Assembly: GCA_041690395.1 (NCBI GenBank)
Contig: JAWLHJ010000005.1
Coordinates: 552,134-616,133 of the forward strand
From: Longimicrobiales bacterium
GTDB taxonomy: Bacteria > Gemmatimonadota > Gemmatimonadetes > Longimicrobiales > Gaopeijiaceae
DNA length: 64,000 bases
Reading direction: 5' to 3'
A program made the translations under genes and the position numbers. The notes under the pieces were generated by a model. That model did no database searches. It worked only from the letters and a program-made list of their open reading frames with translations, and was not told the origin of the DNA. This document shows positions 1 to 9,519 of the stretch, in pieces (within the stretch, counting starts at the first letter, position 1; each line of letters starts with the position of its first letter).

Positions 1-1
1 A

Positions 2-1216
2 CGGCGCCTCCCGCTTCGCCCGCGCCTCGAGCAGCCGCGCGCGGTCCTCGGCCAACCGCGCTCGCAGCTCGTCCTCGCCGACGCCCTCTTCCCCGGCGAC
101 CTCGGCCGGTTCGCGTGTCACGTGCAGGATCGAGCGGCCCTCGAAGTTGCCGCCCCGCGTCACTCCGTACACCTCCGCGAACACCCGGGCCCGGTCGGCG
201 CCGAGCACCGTATCGAGCTCGCCCGGCTTCCAGACGTAGAACACCCCTTCCTCCCCCTCCGAGTCGGCGTCGCGGGCGGTGTAGAACCCGCCGTCGGGCG
301 AGCGGAGGTCCGTGAGCACGTCGCCGAGCACTTCCTCGACGACGGCGCGGAGGTCCGCCTCCCCGGTCAGGCGGTACGCGTCGAGGTACAGCCGCGCGAG
401 GAGCGCGTTGTCGTACAGCATCTTCTCGAAGTGCGGCACGAGCCACCGGTCATCGACCGAGTAGCGGTGGAAGCCGCCGGCGAGCTGATCCCGCATCCCA
501 CCCGCGGCCATGGCCCGGAGCGTGTGGAGGAGTGACGCCTTCGCCGCCTCGTCTCCGGTCCGGGCCGCGTGGCGGAGGACGATCTCGAGGGTCACGGGCT
601 GGGGAAACTTCGGGGCCCCGCCGTAGCCGCCATGCTCCCGGTCGTAGCGCCCAGCGAGCGCCTCGTACGCGCCGTCGAGCAGTGCGACCCCCGCCTCGCC
701 CGGTGTTCCCGGCTCGTTGGCCCGGGTCAACGCCTCCACCAACCGCTTCCCGCTGGCGAGCACCTCGGGGCGTCGATTCCGGTAGGCCTCGGCCACCCCG
801 CGCAGCACCTGCTGGAACGCCGGCATCCCGTGCCGCGGCTCGGGCGGGAAGTACGTGCCGCCATAGAAGGGAACGCCGTCCGGCGTCAGCCAGACCGTGA
901 GCGGCCATCCTCCTCCGCCGGTCATCGCCTGGACCGCCTTGATGTAGATCTGGTCGATGTCGGGTCGCTCCTCGCGGTCGACCTTCACACTCACGAAGAG
1001 CTCGTTCATGAGCGCGGCGGTCGCTTCGTCCTCGAACGACTCGCGTTCCATGACGTGGCACCAGTGGCACGCCGAGTATCCGATGGAGAGCAGGACAGCC
1101 CGGTCCAGCTCCCGGGCACGCTCGAAGGCTTCGTCGCCCCACGGGAACCAGTCCACGGGATTGTGGGCGTGCTGCTGCAGATAGGGGCTCGATTCCTGCG
1201 CGAGTCGGTTGGCCAT
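2..1216 (-). CDS. Thioredoxin-domain / six-hairpin glycosidase-like protein (YyaL/SSP411, DUF255 family); runs off the window edge
   Basis: Not in the ORF track because there is no stop in the window. Manual translation from ATG 1216 gives [27 protein letters not shown]...[18 protein letters not shown]...[23 protein letters not shown], the typical YyaL N-terminus; later [22 protein letters not shown]. Confidence 0.93.
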   Translation of the reverse strand, partial: MANRLAQESSPYLQQHAHNPVDWFPWGDEAFERARELDRAVLLSIGYSACHWCHVMERESFEDEATAALMNELFVSVKVDREERPDIDQIYIKAVQAMTGGGGWPLTVWLTPDGVPFYGGTYFPPEPRHGMPAFQQVLRGVAEAYRNRRPEVLASGKRLVEALTRANEPGTPGEAGVALLDGAYEALAGRYDREHGGYGGAPKFPQPVTLEIVLRHAARTGDEAAKASLLHTLRAMAAGGMRDQLAGGFHRYSVDDRWLVPHFEKMLYDNALLARLYLDAYRLTGEADLRAVVEEVLGDVLTDLRSPDGGFYTARDADSEGEEGVFYVWKPGELDTVLGADRARVFAEVYGVTRGGNFEGRSILHVTREPAEVAGEEGVGEDELRARLAEDRARLLEARAKREAP

Positions 1217-1361
1217 GGGATTTCGGTTGGGGCGGGTAGCTTGAAGGTCTCGGGCGTCCCGCGAAGCGTCGGCGGGCCGGCCGTAAACAAATGTTTTCAA
1301 CTTCTGGACCGGGTGATTACATTGTCACCCCCGAACCGGTATCCACCCACGCCGTAGGCAC

Positions 1362-1646
1362 GTGTCCATCCACACCCGCATGCTGGCCCTCGCGGTCCGG
1401 CGGCCACGCACGATTCCCGCGATTCTCGGCGCCTCCTGGGCGTTCCGGGCCCGGGACTGGTACAGGCGTTTTCCGTTCCTGCCCGTGCCGCCGGCCTCGT
1501 ACATGCGTTGGCGGATGGAAACGGCGTTCGGCGACCCCGACGTGGTGCCGCCCCTCGACGACCTCGAGCGATACCTGGTCTGGACCCAGAGCATGCGGCG
1601 CAGGATCGGTGGAAGCGACGCGGCGGAGGGCCCGACGCATGACTAG
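1362..1646 (+). CDS. Small hypothetical protein (94 aa)
   Basis: Protein-like composition (RDWYRRFPFLPVPP..YMRWRMETAFG); overlaps the start of the next gene; divergent from the YyaL-like gene. Confidence 0.65.
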   Translation: MSIHTRMLALAVRRPRTIPAILGASWAFRARDWYRRFPFLPVPPASYMRWRMETAFGDPDVVPPLDDLERYLVWTQSMRRRIGGSDAAEGPTHD

Positions 1647-2037
1647 GCTCGTGCTCCTCTCCGTGTTATGTCTCCTCACATGGTACTACTTCCCCGAGTC
1701 ACGGGCGATCATGCTCGAGGCCACGGAGCCGATCGTGGAGCCGCTGGTGGAGCCCATCGTCCGCCCGTTCCAGGCGTGGGGCGCCCTGGACGAGATGCAC
1801 AGGATCGGGCGCAACGTGGTCTCCCACGAGCGTTTGACCGGTGAGATCCCCGACGAGGACGATGCCTGGGAGGAGTGGCTCCAGGAGCGCTACCGGGCCA
1901 GGGACGTCGGCACGGACCGCTGGGGCTCGACCTACCGGCTCGTCGTCTGGCCCGACTCCGTCGGCATCGTCTCGTACGGACCCGACGGGATGGCCGGCAC
2001 CGATGACGATCTGCAGGTCGCCATGCCCCGCGGGTAG
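1639..2037 (+). CDS. Membrane-anchored protein with a GspG (T2SS pseudopilin G) C-terminal-like domain
   Basis: ATG 1639 lies in the 1291..2037 ORF frame after a GGAGG SD. It has an N-terminal hydrophobic helix and the C-terminal motif D.WG..Y...IVSYGPDG..GTDDD typical of GspG-like domains. Confidence 0.65.
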   Translation: MTRLVLLSVLCLLTWYYFPESRAIMLEATEPIVEPLVEPIVRPFQAWGALDEMHRIGRNVVSHERLTGEIPDEDDAWEEWLQERYRARDVGTDRWGSTYRLVVWPDSVGIVSYGPDGMAGTDDDLQVAMPRG

Positions 2038-2089
2038 CGACGCCCTGCGGATCCTCGTGCAGGGCGCCTCGGGCGCCGCGGTGGCCTGA

Positions 2090-2719
2090 ATGGATCCCGT
2101 CGGCGCGTACCTCCTCGAGCTCCTGCCCCTCTACGGGCCCTGGCTCCTGTTCGCCCTCGCGGTGCTCGAGACGTGCTTCGTCACCGGGCTCGTCGTCCCG
2201 TCCGGCATGGCGACGTCCTTCGCCACGGCCCTCGCGCTGGAGGGCGAGGTCGCGCTGGCTCCGATGCTCGCGGCCGCCGGCGCGGGCGGGGCGCTGGGGG
2301 ACAGCATCGGCTTCTGGATCGGCCGGACGTGGGGGAGCCGCGTGCTGGAGGGTGACAGCCGGATCGCCCGTATCGCGCGGGTACGGCACGCCCGCATGAG
2401 CCACTTCTTCGGGCGCCACCCGATCTACTCGGTGACGGTGGGTCGCCTGATCTCGTTCGCGCGCACCCTCATGCCCATGGCGGCCGGGATGAGTGAGCTC
2501 CGCTACCGGACGTTCCTCCTATACGAGGTGATCGGGCTCGTGGGGTGGGTGGCGATCTACGTGACCATTGGATGGCTCGCGGGTGAGAGCTGGGAAGCCG
2601 TGGCGCAGTGGGTCGGCGCCGGAGGAGCGATCGCGTTCGCCGTCGCCGGGGTGATCCTCTGGGTGGTGTGGCGCGCGCGTCGGGGACCGCGCCCCGCGCC
2701 GGAGTCTTCTTCCTCATGA
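2090..2719 (+). CDS. DedA family membrane protein
   Basis: LET..VTGLVVPS, GDSIGFWIGR, GRLISFARTLMPMAAG motifs; hydrophobic. Confidence 0.9.
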   Translation: MDPVGAYLLELLPLYGPWLLFALAVLETCFVTGLVVPSGMATSFATALALEGEVALAPMLAAAGAGGALGDSIGFWIGRTWGSRVLEGDSRIARIARVRHARMSHFFGRHPIYSVTVGRLISFARTLMPMAAGMSELRYRTFLLYEVIGLVGWVAIYVTIGWLAGESWEAVAQWVGAGGAIAFAVAGVILWVVWRARRGPRPAPESSSS

Positions 2720-3978
2720 CGCTCAACGTCGCGCTCACCGGAAGCATCGCTTCGGGCAAGTCGACCGTGGCCGAGCTCTGGGCCGCCGAGGGGGTGCCCG
2801 TCGCCAGCGCGGACGACTTCGCCCGCCAGGCCGTAGCGCCGGGATCGCCCGGACTCACCGAGGTCCGCGAGCTGTTCGGGGACGCGGTGCTGACGCCCGA
2901 CGGCGCGCTCGACCGGGCGGCCGTACGGAGCCGGGTGTTCCAGGACGACGACGCGCGGAGGCGCCTCGAGGCCATCATCCATCCTCGGGTGCGGGCGCTT
3001 CGCGACGCGTGGTTCGACGCCCGGGTCGCCGAGGGCCACGACATCGCCGTGTCGGAGATTCCGCTCCTGTTCGAGACCGGCATGGACGGGGCGTTCGACG
3101 TCGTCGTCCTGGTCGACGCCCCCGAGCCGGAGCGGCTTCGGCGTCTGGTCGAAGGCCGAGGGCTCGATGCGGGCGAGGCGCGCCGCATGATGGCCGCGCA
3201 GCTCCCCGCGGACCAGAAGCGTGACCGCTCCGACCTCGTCATCGACAACGGCGGCACCCTCGAGGCCCTCGAAGCCCGGTCGCGGGAGGTGCTCGAGGAG
3301 CTGCGCGCGCGCGCCCGCCCGCCGCTCCGCATGGATCTGCACCTCCATACCGAGGGTTCGTGGGATTGCCTCTCGGACCCGGAGGCGGTGCTGAAGCGGG
3401 CACGGGCGCTCGGCTATGGACGCATCGCCATCACCGACCACAACCGGGTCCACGTCGGGCTTCGCATGGCCGAGCTCCACCCCGGCGAGATCGTCCCGGG
3501 AGAGGAGGTGAAGACCGCCGAGGGCATCGACGTGATCGGGCTTTACCTGACCGAGGAGATCCCCAAGGGGACCCCGGCCGAGAAGACCATCGCCTGGATC
3601 CGCGAGCAGGGCGGGATTCCGTACCTCCCGCACCCGTACGCGGGCGGGAAGGGCGGCGGGGGGCGCATGGCGGACGCACTGGCATCGCTTTGCGACGTGG
3701 TCGAGGTGTTCAACGCCCGGCTCCACGACCCGGAGTCCAACACCCGGGCCGAGGCCCTGGCGGAGCGGCACGGAACGCTCCGGGGCGCGGGATCGGACGC
3801 GCACACCGTCGGTGAGATCGGAAACGCCTTCGTCGAGCTCCCGGCGCATCCGAACGACGCGGAGGGGCTCCGGGCCGCCCTCGCCCACGCCCGGACCGGC
3901 GGCACCGAGGCATCGCGGCTCGTGCATCTGGCCTCCACCTGGGCGAAGGTGCGGAAGAAGCTGCCCGGGGGAGCCTGA
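2716..3978 (+). CDS. coaE: Dephospho-CoA kinase fused to a C-terminal PHP-family phosphoesterase domain
   Basis: ATG 2716 overlaps the dedA stop (ATGA). CoaE part: LTGSIASGKST P-loop, LDR, LEAIIHPRV, EIPLLFE, IDNGG. In-frame PHP part: DLHLHT, ITDHN, PGEEV, HPY, EVFNAR, GSDAH. Confidence 0.88.
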   Translation: MTLNVALTGSIASGKSTVAELWAAEGVPVASADDFARQAVAPGSPGLTEVRELFGDAVLTPDGALDRAAVRSRVFQDDDARRRLEAIIHPRVRALRDAWFDARVAEGHDIAVSEIPLLFETGMDGAFDVVVLVDAPEPERLRRLVEGRGLDAGEARRMMAAQLPADQKRDRSDLVIDNGGTLEALEARSREVLEELRARARPPLRMDLHLHTEGSWDCLSDPEAVLKRARALGYGRIAITDHNRVHVGLRMAELHPGEIVPGEEVKTAEGIDVIGLYLTEEIPKGTPAEKTIAWIREQGGIPYLPHPYAGGKGGGGRMADALASLCDVVEVFNARLHDPESNTRAEALAERHGTLRGAGSDAHTVGEIGNAFVELPAHPNDAEGLRAALAHARTGGTEASRLVHLASTWAKVRKKLPGGA

Positions 3979-4150
3979 CCGCGTCCGCGGAGCGGGCGGC
4001 ATCGACTGAGCCGGCCCCCGTGCTCAACCACCGCCCTCGGCCCGGTCACGGGGCGGGCCGTAGCGTCCGAACGCGGTTTTTCGGTATCTTGCGGCCTCGC
4101 GGGGCCGCTCCGTCGGCCCGATCTCGTCATCTTCAGGGTCAGGAGTCGGA

Positions 4151-5182
4151 GTGAGCTATCGGACGCCCTCGAGCAGGGTGCCCGCGGTCATGGCGGCGAG
4201 AAATGCGCTCCTGGCTTCGCGGCGGGCGATCCTCACGACCCACCTGAACGCCGACGGCGACGGCGCCGGCTGCGAGTGCGCGCTGGCGTCGTGGATGCGC
4301 GCCAACGGCACCGAGGCTTGGATCATCAACCCGACGCCGTTTCCGGACGGATTCCGCTTCCTGGCGGAGTCGGAGGACTGGATCGTGCACGCGGGGTCGA
4401 GCCGCGCCCGGGACCTCTGCGGGTCCGCCGACCTCGCCGTCGTGCTCGACACCGGCGAGATCCCCCGGATCGGGCGGGTGCGGGATCTGATCCGCGACCT
4501 GCCGACCCTGGTCGTGGACCACCACCCGCCCGGCGATCACGCCATCGGCGGCATGTCGCTTCGTGACCCGGCGGCATGCGCGACGGGCGAGCTGCTCTAC
4601 GACCTGATCACGGCGGCGAAGGGCCCCTGGACGGATCACGTGGCGCTCGGCATCTACGTCGCCATCCTGACCGATACCGGCGGGTTCCGCTTCACGAACG
4701 CCACGCCGGAGAGCCACCTCATCGCCGCGGACCTCATCGATCGCGGCGTGAACCCCGAGACCACCTACGAGCGGATCTACGGATCGGCGCCGCTGCGCCG
4801 GTTCGCGCTGCTGCGGGAGGCCCTCGACACGCTCGAGCACGACGCCGACGCGGGCATCTCCTGGATGGTCGTGCCGACCGAGGCGTACGAGCGGGTCGGT
4901 GCCACGCCGGAGGATCTCGAGGGGATGGTCGACGTGCCACGGACGATCGCCGGGACCAAGGTCGCGCTCCTCTTCCGCGGAACGTCGACGGGCGACATCA
5001 AGGTGTCGTTCCGCTCGAGCGGCGAGGTCGACGTGAACGCGCTCGCACGCCGGTGGGAAGGGGGCGGGCACGTGAAGGCATCGGGCGCGATGCTTCCGGG
5101 GCCGATGCAGCGCGCCATGGACGAGGTGCTTGCGGCCGCGCGGGACGTGGTGGCGAGCGCCGTCGGAGGAGGGCGGGCGTGA
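4151..5182 (+). CDS. nrnA: DHH/DHHA1 phosphoesterase (nanoRNase / pAp phosphatase NrnA-like)
   Basis: H.NADGD, LDTG, VDHH, ILTDTGGF, KVSFRS, GGGH..ASG motifs. Confidence 0.88.
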   Translation: MSYRTPSSRVPAVMAARNALLASRRAILTTHLNADGDGAGCECALASWMRANGTEAWIINPTPFPDGFRFLAESEDWIVHAGSSRARDLCGSADLAVVLDTGEIPRIGRVRDLIRDLPTLVVDHHPPGDHAIGGMSLRDPAACATGELLYDLITAAKGPWTDHVALGIYVAILTDTGGFRFTNATPESHLIAADLIDRGVNPETTYERIYGSAPLRRFALLREALDTLEHDADAGISWMVVPTEAYERVGATPEDLEGMVDVPRTIAGTKVALLFRGTSTGDIKVSFRSSGEVDVNALARRWEGGGHVKASGAMLPGPMQRAMDEVLAAARDVVASAVGGGRA

Positions 5183-5216
5183 CCCGCGCGCCGGCACCGC
5201 CGACCCGGGCTCCGCG

Positions 5217-5660
5217 ATGACGCGGGCGGTCGACGGCGGCCGCGACTCCGACCCTGGAGTCCCCGAGGCGATCCCCCGCGTGCTCATCCGCGTGAGGGAC
5301 CAGCTCGGCGTGCCCAGCATCGACCGCATGTGGATTTTCCCTCCCGTCCGCAAAGGCCGACGGGAACAGGGACTCGTCGCGGTTAGTACTTTCCTCGACG
5401 ACGCCGACGACCGCAGGAGCATGGTCACGGTCGCGTACGTGGCCGAGCACACCGGCAAGGGTGTGACGGTCACCCCTTCGCTGACGCGGGAGGGCGACGC
5501 GCCGCCGGACCGTTTTCCGGGCGTGATCGAAGGTGTCGTGCGCCGGAGCGGCGACGAGCTGGGCGAGCCCCGCGAAGTCGAGATCGACGGCGACCCGGCC
5601 CGATTCGAGGAGCTCCTGGAGGAGTTCGACACGGCGTTCTTGAGGGCGATGGAATCGTGA
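5217..5660 (+). CDS. Hypothetical protein
   Basis: Fills the gap between nrnA and fur with a GTGA overlap at its 3' end; protein-like composition; start uncertain. Confidence 0.65.
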   Translation: MTRAVDGGRDSDPGVPEAIPRVLIRVRDQLGVPSIDRMWIFPPVRKGRREQGLVAVSTFLDDADDRRSMVTVAYVAEHTGKGVTVTPSLTREGDAPPDRFPGVIEGVVRRSGDELGEPREVEIDGDPARFEELLEEFDTAFLRAMES

Positions 5661-6157
5661 GCACATCAACCGTAAGCGATCCGTTCACGCGGCTGTTCGG
5701 CCGCTATCTGCGCGACCAGGGGCTGCCGGTCACCCAGCAGCGCGAGGTCGTCGCGGACGTCGTGTTCGGCTCGGACGCGCACCTGTCCGTGGACGACATC
5801 GAGCGCGAGATCCGCTCTCGCGGCGAGCGCATCGGCAAGGCCACGATCTACCGCACCCTCGACCTTCTGGTCCGCAGCCGGCTCGTCGAGGAGCACGACT
5901 TCGGCGAGGGCTTCAAGCGGTACGAGCACCGCCTCTCGCGCCATCCGGTGCACGAGCACCTCATCTGCCTGGAGTGCGCCAGTGTCACCGAGTTCGAGAG
6001 CTCGGAGATGTACTCGGTCGAGAACCGCGTGCGCAGGGAGCACGGGTTCACGCCCGTGAGGCATCGCTTGGAGATCTACGGCCTGTGCGAGACTTGCCGG
6101 GAAGCCGGAGTCGAGCTTCCCAACGACGGACTCACCTGTCCCATCGAGACGGTTTGA
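5657..6157 (+). CDS. Fur family transcriptional regulator
   Basis: T.QR, HLS..., ATIYRTL, HEHLIC..C, LEIYGLC..C motifs. Confidence 0.92.
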   Translation: MSTSTVSDPFTRLFGRYLRDQGLPVTQQREVVADVVFGSDAHLSVDDIEREIRSRGERIGKATIYRTLDLLVRSRLVEEHDFGEGFKRYEHRLSRHPVHEHLICLECASVTEFESSEMYSVENRVRREHGFTPVRHRLEIYGLCETCREAGVELPNDGLTCPIETV

Positions 6158-7071
6158 TCGACGCGCTGAAGGACCTCCCCTGGGAGCCGCCCCACACCTT
6201 CCTCGGCCTCGATGGCAAGGACGCCGCGTTCGACGAGGCCCGCTCCGTCATCCTGCCGGTGCCCTACGAGTCCACGACGTCGTACGGCGGCGGGACCCGG
6301 AACGGCCCCGGCGCCATCGTCGACGCGTCGCGCTACATCGAGCTGTACGACCAGGAGCTCGGGTGCGAGGCCGCGCTCCGCTACGGGGTGCACACGCTCC
6401 CGCAGCTCCACCTCACCCAGGCCGGGGCGGAGCATGCGATGGCCGAGCTGCAGGCGTCGTACGCGCGGGTGGCCGAGGCCGCCGGCGACCGCTTTCTGCT
6501 CATGCTCGGCGGCGAGCACTCGGTGACCGGCCCCGCCGTCCTGGCCCAGGCGGACCGCTCGGACGAGCGGCTCACCGTGCTGCAGATGGACGCCCATGGA
6601 GACCTCCGCACCAGCTACGAGGGCACGCCCCACTCGCATGCCGCGGTCATGGCTCGCGTCCTGGACCGGGCCGACGTCGTCGGGGTCGGCATTCGCGCCA
6701 TCTGCGCCGAGGAGCGCGAGCTCTCCGACCGCACGCCCGGATCGACGCTGATCTGGGCCGACGAGATGTGGGAGGACGACAGCTGGATGGACCGCGCCCT
6801 CGAAGCACTCGGGCCGCGGGTGTATCTCACCTTCGACGTGGATTACTTCGACCCGTCGCTGATTCCGTCGACCGGCACGCCGGAGCCGGGGGGCGGCGAC
6901 TGGTACCGGACGCTTCGCTTCCTGAAGCGGGTCTTCGCCGAGCGGGACGTGGTCGCTGCGGACGTCGTGGAGCTCGCGCCGATCCCCGGAAACCACGCGC
7001 CCGACTTCCTCGTGGCGAAGCTCGTCTACAAGCTCCTGTCGTACCGGTTCCAGGGCGACTTGCGGGGCTGA
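6154..7071 (+). CDS. speB: Agmatinase (ureohydrolase family)
   Basis: TTG start overlapping the fur stop; PYESTTSYGGGT..GP, GGEHSVT, DAHGD, SHA, TFDVDYFDPS..PSTGTPEPGG. Confidence 0.9.
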   Translation: MIDALKDLPWEPPHTFLGLDGKDAAFDEARSVILPVPYESTTSYGGGTRNGPGAIVDASRYIELYDQELGCEAALRYGVHTLPQLHLTQAGAEHAMAELQASYARVAEAAGDRFLLMLGGEHSVTGPAVLAQADRSDERLTVLQMDAHGDLRTSYEGTPHSHAAVMARVLDRADVVGVGIRAICAEERELSDRTPGSTLIWADEMWEDDSWMDRALEALGPRVYLTFDVDYFDPSLIPSTGTPEPGGGDWYRTLRFLKRVFAERDVVAADVVELAPIPGNHAPDFLVAKLVYKLLSYRFQGDLRG

Positions 7072-7084
7072 GAGCCCCGGGTCC

Positions 7085-8779
7085 GTGACTTCCGACCGCT
7101 CTCCGGCGCGCGCGCTCCCGGGCGAGAAGCATCCGGCCCTGCTCGGAACCCCCGATCTGCCGCGCTTCGACACGGACGAGATCGAGCGGACCGCCGGCTC
7201 CGAGACCATCCTCGGGAACCGTCTCCAGATCCAGTTCGAGGGATCGAGCACGTTCGCCGGATGGCTCGAAGCCATCGCCGGGGCGCAGCGCTTCGTGTAC
7301 TTCGAGAACTACGTCATCCGGAACGACGAGATCGGCTTCCAGTTCCGGGACGCGCTCATCGCGAAGGCGCGGGAAGGGGTCACGGTCTGCGTGGTCTACG
7401 ACTGGCTCGGCTGCTGGGCGACGCCGCGGTCGTTCTGGCGTCCGCTCGTGGCCGCGGGGGTGCGCGTTCACCCGTTCAACCGGCCGTCGATCGGGCTCGG
7501 CGATCCGTTCGGGGTCCTGCAGCGGGACCACCGGAAGCTGATCTGCGTGGACGGGGAGGTGGCGTTCGTCGGTGGGTTCTGCATCGGGGTCGAATGGGCG
7601 GGGACCGAGCACGAGGCGCCATGGCGTGATACCGGACTCGAGATCCGCGGGCCGGCGGCGCTCGAGGCGGCGGTGGCGTTCGAACGGCACTGGTCCGCCA
7701 TCGAGGAGCCGCTCCATCTGGCGAGCACGCTCCCGAAGGTGGAGGATGTCGGTGACACGCCGGTCTGGCTCATCCAGGGCGAGCCGGGGCGGGCACGGGT
7801 GTACCGGACCCTCCATTACGCAGCGGTCCGCGCCCGACGCCGCATCTGGATCACCGACGCCTATTTCGTCGCGCCCCGCGCGGTGTCGGAGGCCCTGGGC
7901 GCCGCCGCCCGCGACGGCGTCGACGTGCGCATACTGGTTCCGGCCCACAACAACTGGCCGTGGGTGGGCAGCATCTCCCGCGGTGGATACCGCGGTCTGC
8001 TCGAAAGCGGCGTGCGGATCTTCGAGTGGCAGGGCCCCATGATCCACGCCAAAACGTCGGTCGTGGACGGTGTCTGGTGCCGGGTCGGCTCGAGCAATCT
8101 GAACGGCGCGAGCCTCATGGGGAACTGGGAGCTGGACGTAGGCGTTCTGGATCGGGGCGTGGCCGGTCAGCTCGAGGGGCTCTTCATGGCCGACCTGGCG
8201 TCGTCGGTGGAGATCGTGTTGCCGAACCGGGTCCGGACGAGGCTCCGGAGCGAGGCCGGACGTGAGCCACGGCAGGAGTCCATCGAGCCGAGCGGCTCGC
8301 TCCCGGAGCGGTTGGAACAGCAGCTCCGCACGCTCGGGCACGGGCCGGGACGGCTGAGCCTGGCGTCCGTGGTCCGCGCCGGCTTCGTGCTGGGGGATGC
8401 GCTGGCCGGGAACCGGACGCTCGGGCGTGAGGACCGGACGGTCCTGGGGACCGTCTCTGTCGTCATCCTGGTGCTGGCGGGCGTGGCCGCGTTCGCGCCG
8501 ACGGTCGTCGGCTGGACGCTCGCCGCGGTGTTCGGGTGGTTCGGCGTCACCACCGGGATCCGGGCGTTCATACAGGCACGGCGGGCCCGGAGGGAGGAGC
8601 ACCGGGCGCGGGAGGATCTGCGGGCGTCGGAGCGGGAGCTGAAGCGGGAGCGGGAGTTGGAGTCCGAGCGGGACCTGGAGTCGGAGCGGGACCCGGAGTC
8701 GGAGCGGGAATCAGAGCGGGAGTCCGGGCGAAAGCCCGGGACCACTGAATCACAGCACGAGGAGCAGACTGGTGAATGA
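7085..8779 (+). CDS. Phospholipase D family protein, cardiolipin synthase-like, with C-terminal TM helices
   Basis: Two HKD motifs (DHRKLICVDG; HAKTSVVDG...GSSN); YF.P motif. Confidence 0.85.
   Translation: MTSDRSPARALPGEKHPALLGTPDLPRFDTDEIERTAGSETILGNRLQIQFEGSSTFAGWLEAIAGAQRFVYFENYVIRNDEIGFQFRDALIAKAREGVTVCVVYDWLGCWATPRSFWRPLVAAGVRVHPFNRPSIGLGDPFGVLQRDHRKLICVDGEVAFVGGFCIGVEWAGTEHEAPWRDTGLEIRGPAALEAAVAFERHWSAIEEPLHLASTLPKVEDVGDTPVWLIQGEPGRARVYRTLHYAAVRARRRIWITDAYFVAPRAVSEALGAAARDGVDVRILVPAHNNWPWVGSISRGGYRGLLESGVRIFEWQGPMIHAKTSVVDGVWCRVGSSNLNGASLMGNWELDVGVLDRGVAGQLEGLFMADLASSVEIVLPNRVRTRLRSEAGREPRQESIEPSGSLPERLEQQLRTLGHGPGRLSLASVVRAGFVLGDALAGNRTLGREDRTVLGTVSVVILVLAGVAAFAPTVVGWTLAAVFGWFGVTTGIRAFIQARRARREEHRAREDLRASERELKRERELESERDLESERDPESERESERESGRKPGTTESQHEEQTGE
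8626..8725 (+). repeat. Coding ~18-bp tandem repeat (SERELE/SERDLE-like) in the PLD C-terminal tail
   Basis: gagcggga(g/c)... recurs about 6 times; the protein reads SERELKRERELESERDLESERDPESERESERES. Confidence 0.75.
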
Positions 8780-9503
8780 AGTCGAAGTTGGGATCGCGAT
8801 CGCCTTCACGGCCGGTGTGCTCTCGTTCCTGTCCCCGTGCGTGCTGCCACTCGTGCCGAGCTACCTCACGTTCGTGACCGGCATGAGCCTGGAGGACCTC
8901 CAGGCCGGAGTGAACCGCAAGGCCACGATGATCCACTCGCTGCTCTTCGTGTTCGGGTTCAGCCTGATCTTCGTGCTGCTCGGCGCGTCGGCCTCCTTCC
9001 TCGGTCAGTTCTTCCGCCAGTACGAGCTGTGGATCGCGCGCGTCGGTGGACTGATCATCATCGTGCTGGGGCTCCACATGGCGGGCGTCTTCCGCATCGC
9101 GCCGCTGATGCGCGAGAGGCGGGTGCACCTGAACGACAAGCCGGTCGGCTACCTCGGCACGCTGGGCGTCGGCATGGCGTTCGGGGCTGGCTGGACGCCC
9201 TGCATCGGCCCGATCCTCGGCGCGATCCTCACCTACGGCTTCACCCAGGACACCATGTGGGCCGGCGTTGGCCTGCTGAGCGTGTACTCCCTCGGGCTCG
9301 CCGTTCCCTTTCTGCTCGCCTCCCTCGCCCTCGACCAGTTCCTGCAGACGTTCAAGCGCTTCCGCCGCTGGATCCCGGTGGTGGAAAAAGGGGCCGGCGT
9401 GCTGCTGATCATCCTGGGCGTGCTGCTGCTGACGGGTCAGTTCACGGTGTTGAGCGGATACCTGACACGGTTCACGCCGGGGTTCATTCTGGAGCGGATC
9501 TAA
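8772..9503 (+). CDS. ccdA: Cytochrome c biogenesis / thiol-disulfide transporter CcdA
   Basis: SFLSPCVLPLVP and GWTPCIGPILG motifs; multiple TM segments. Confidence 0.92.
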   Translation: MNEVEVGIAIAFTAGVLSFLSPCVLPLVPSYLTFVTGMSLEDLQAGVNRKATMIHSLLFVFGFSLIFVLLGASASFLGQFFRQYELWIARVGGLIIIVLGLHMAGVFRIAPLMRERRVHLNDKPVGYLGTLGVGMAFGAGWTPCIGPILGAILTYGFTQDTMWAGVGLLSVYSLGLAVPFLLASLALDQFLQTFKRFRRWIPVVEKGAGVLLIILGVLLLTGQFTVLSGYLTRFTPGFILERI

Positions 9504-9519
9504 CAGAGGGCGCGCGCCC

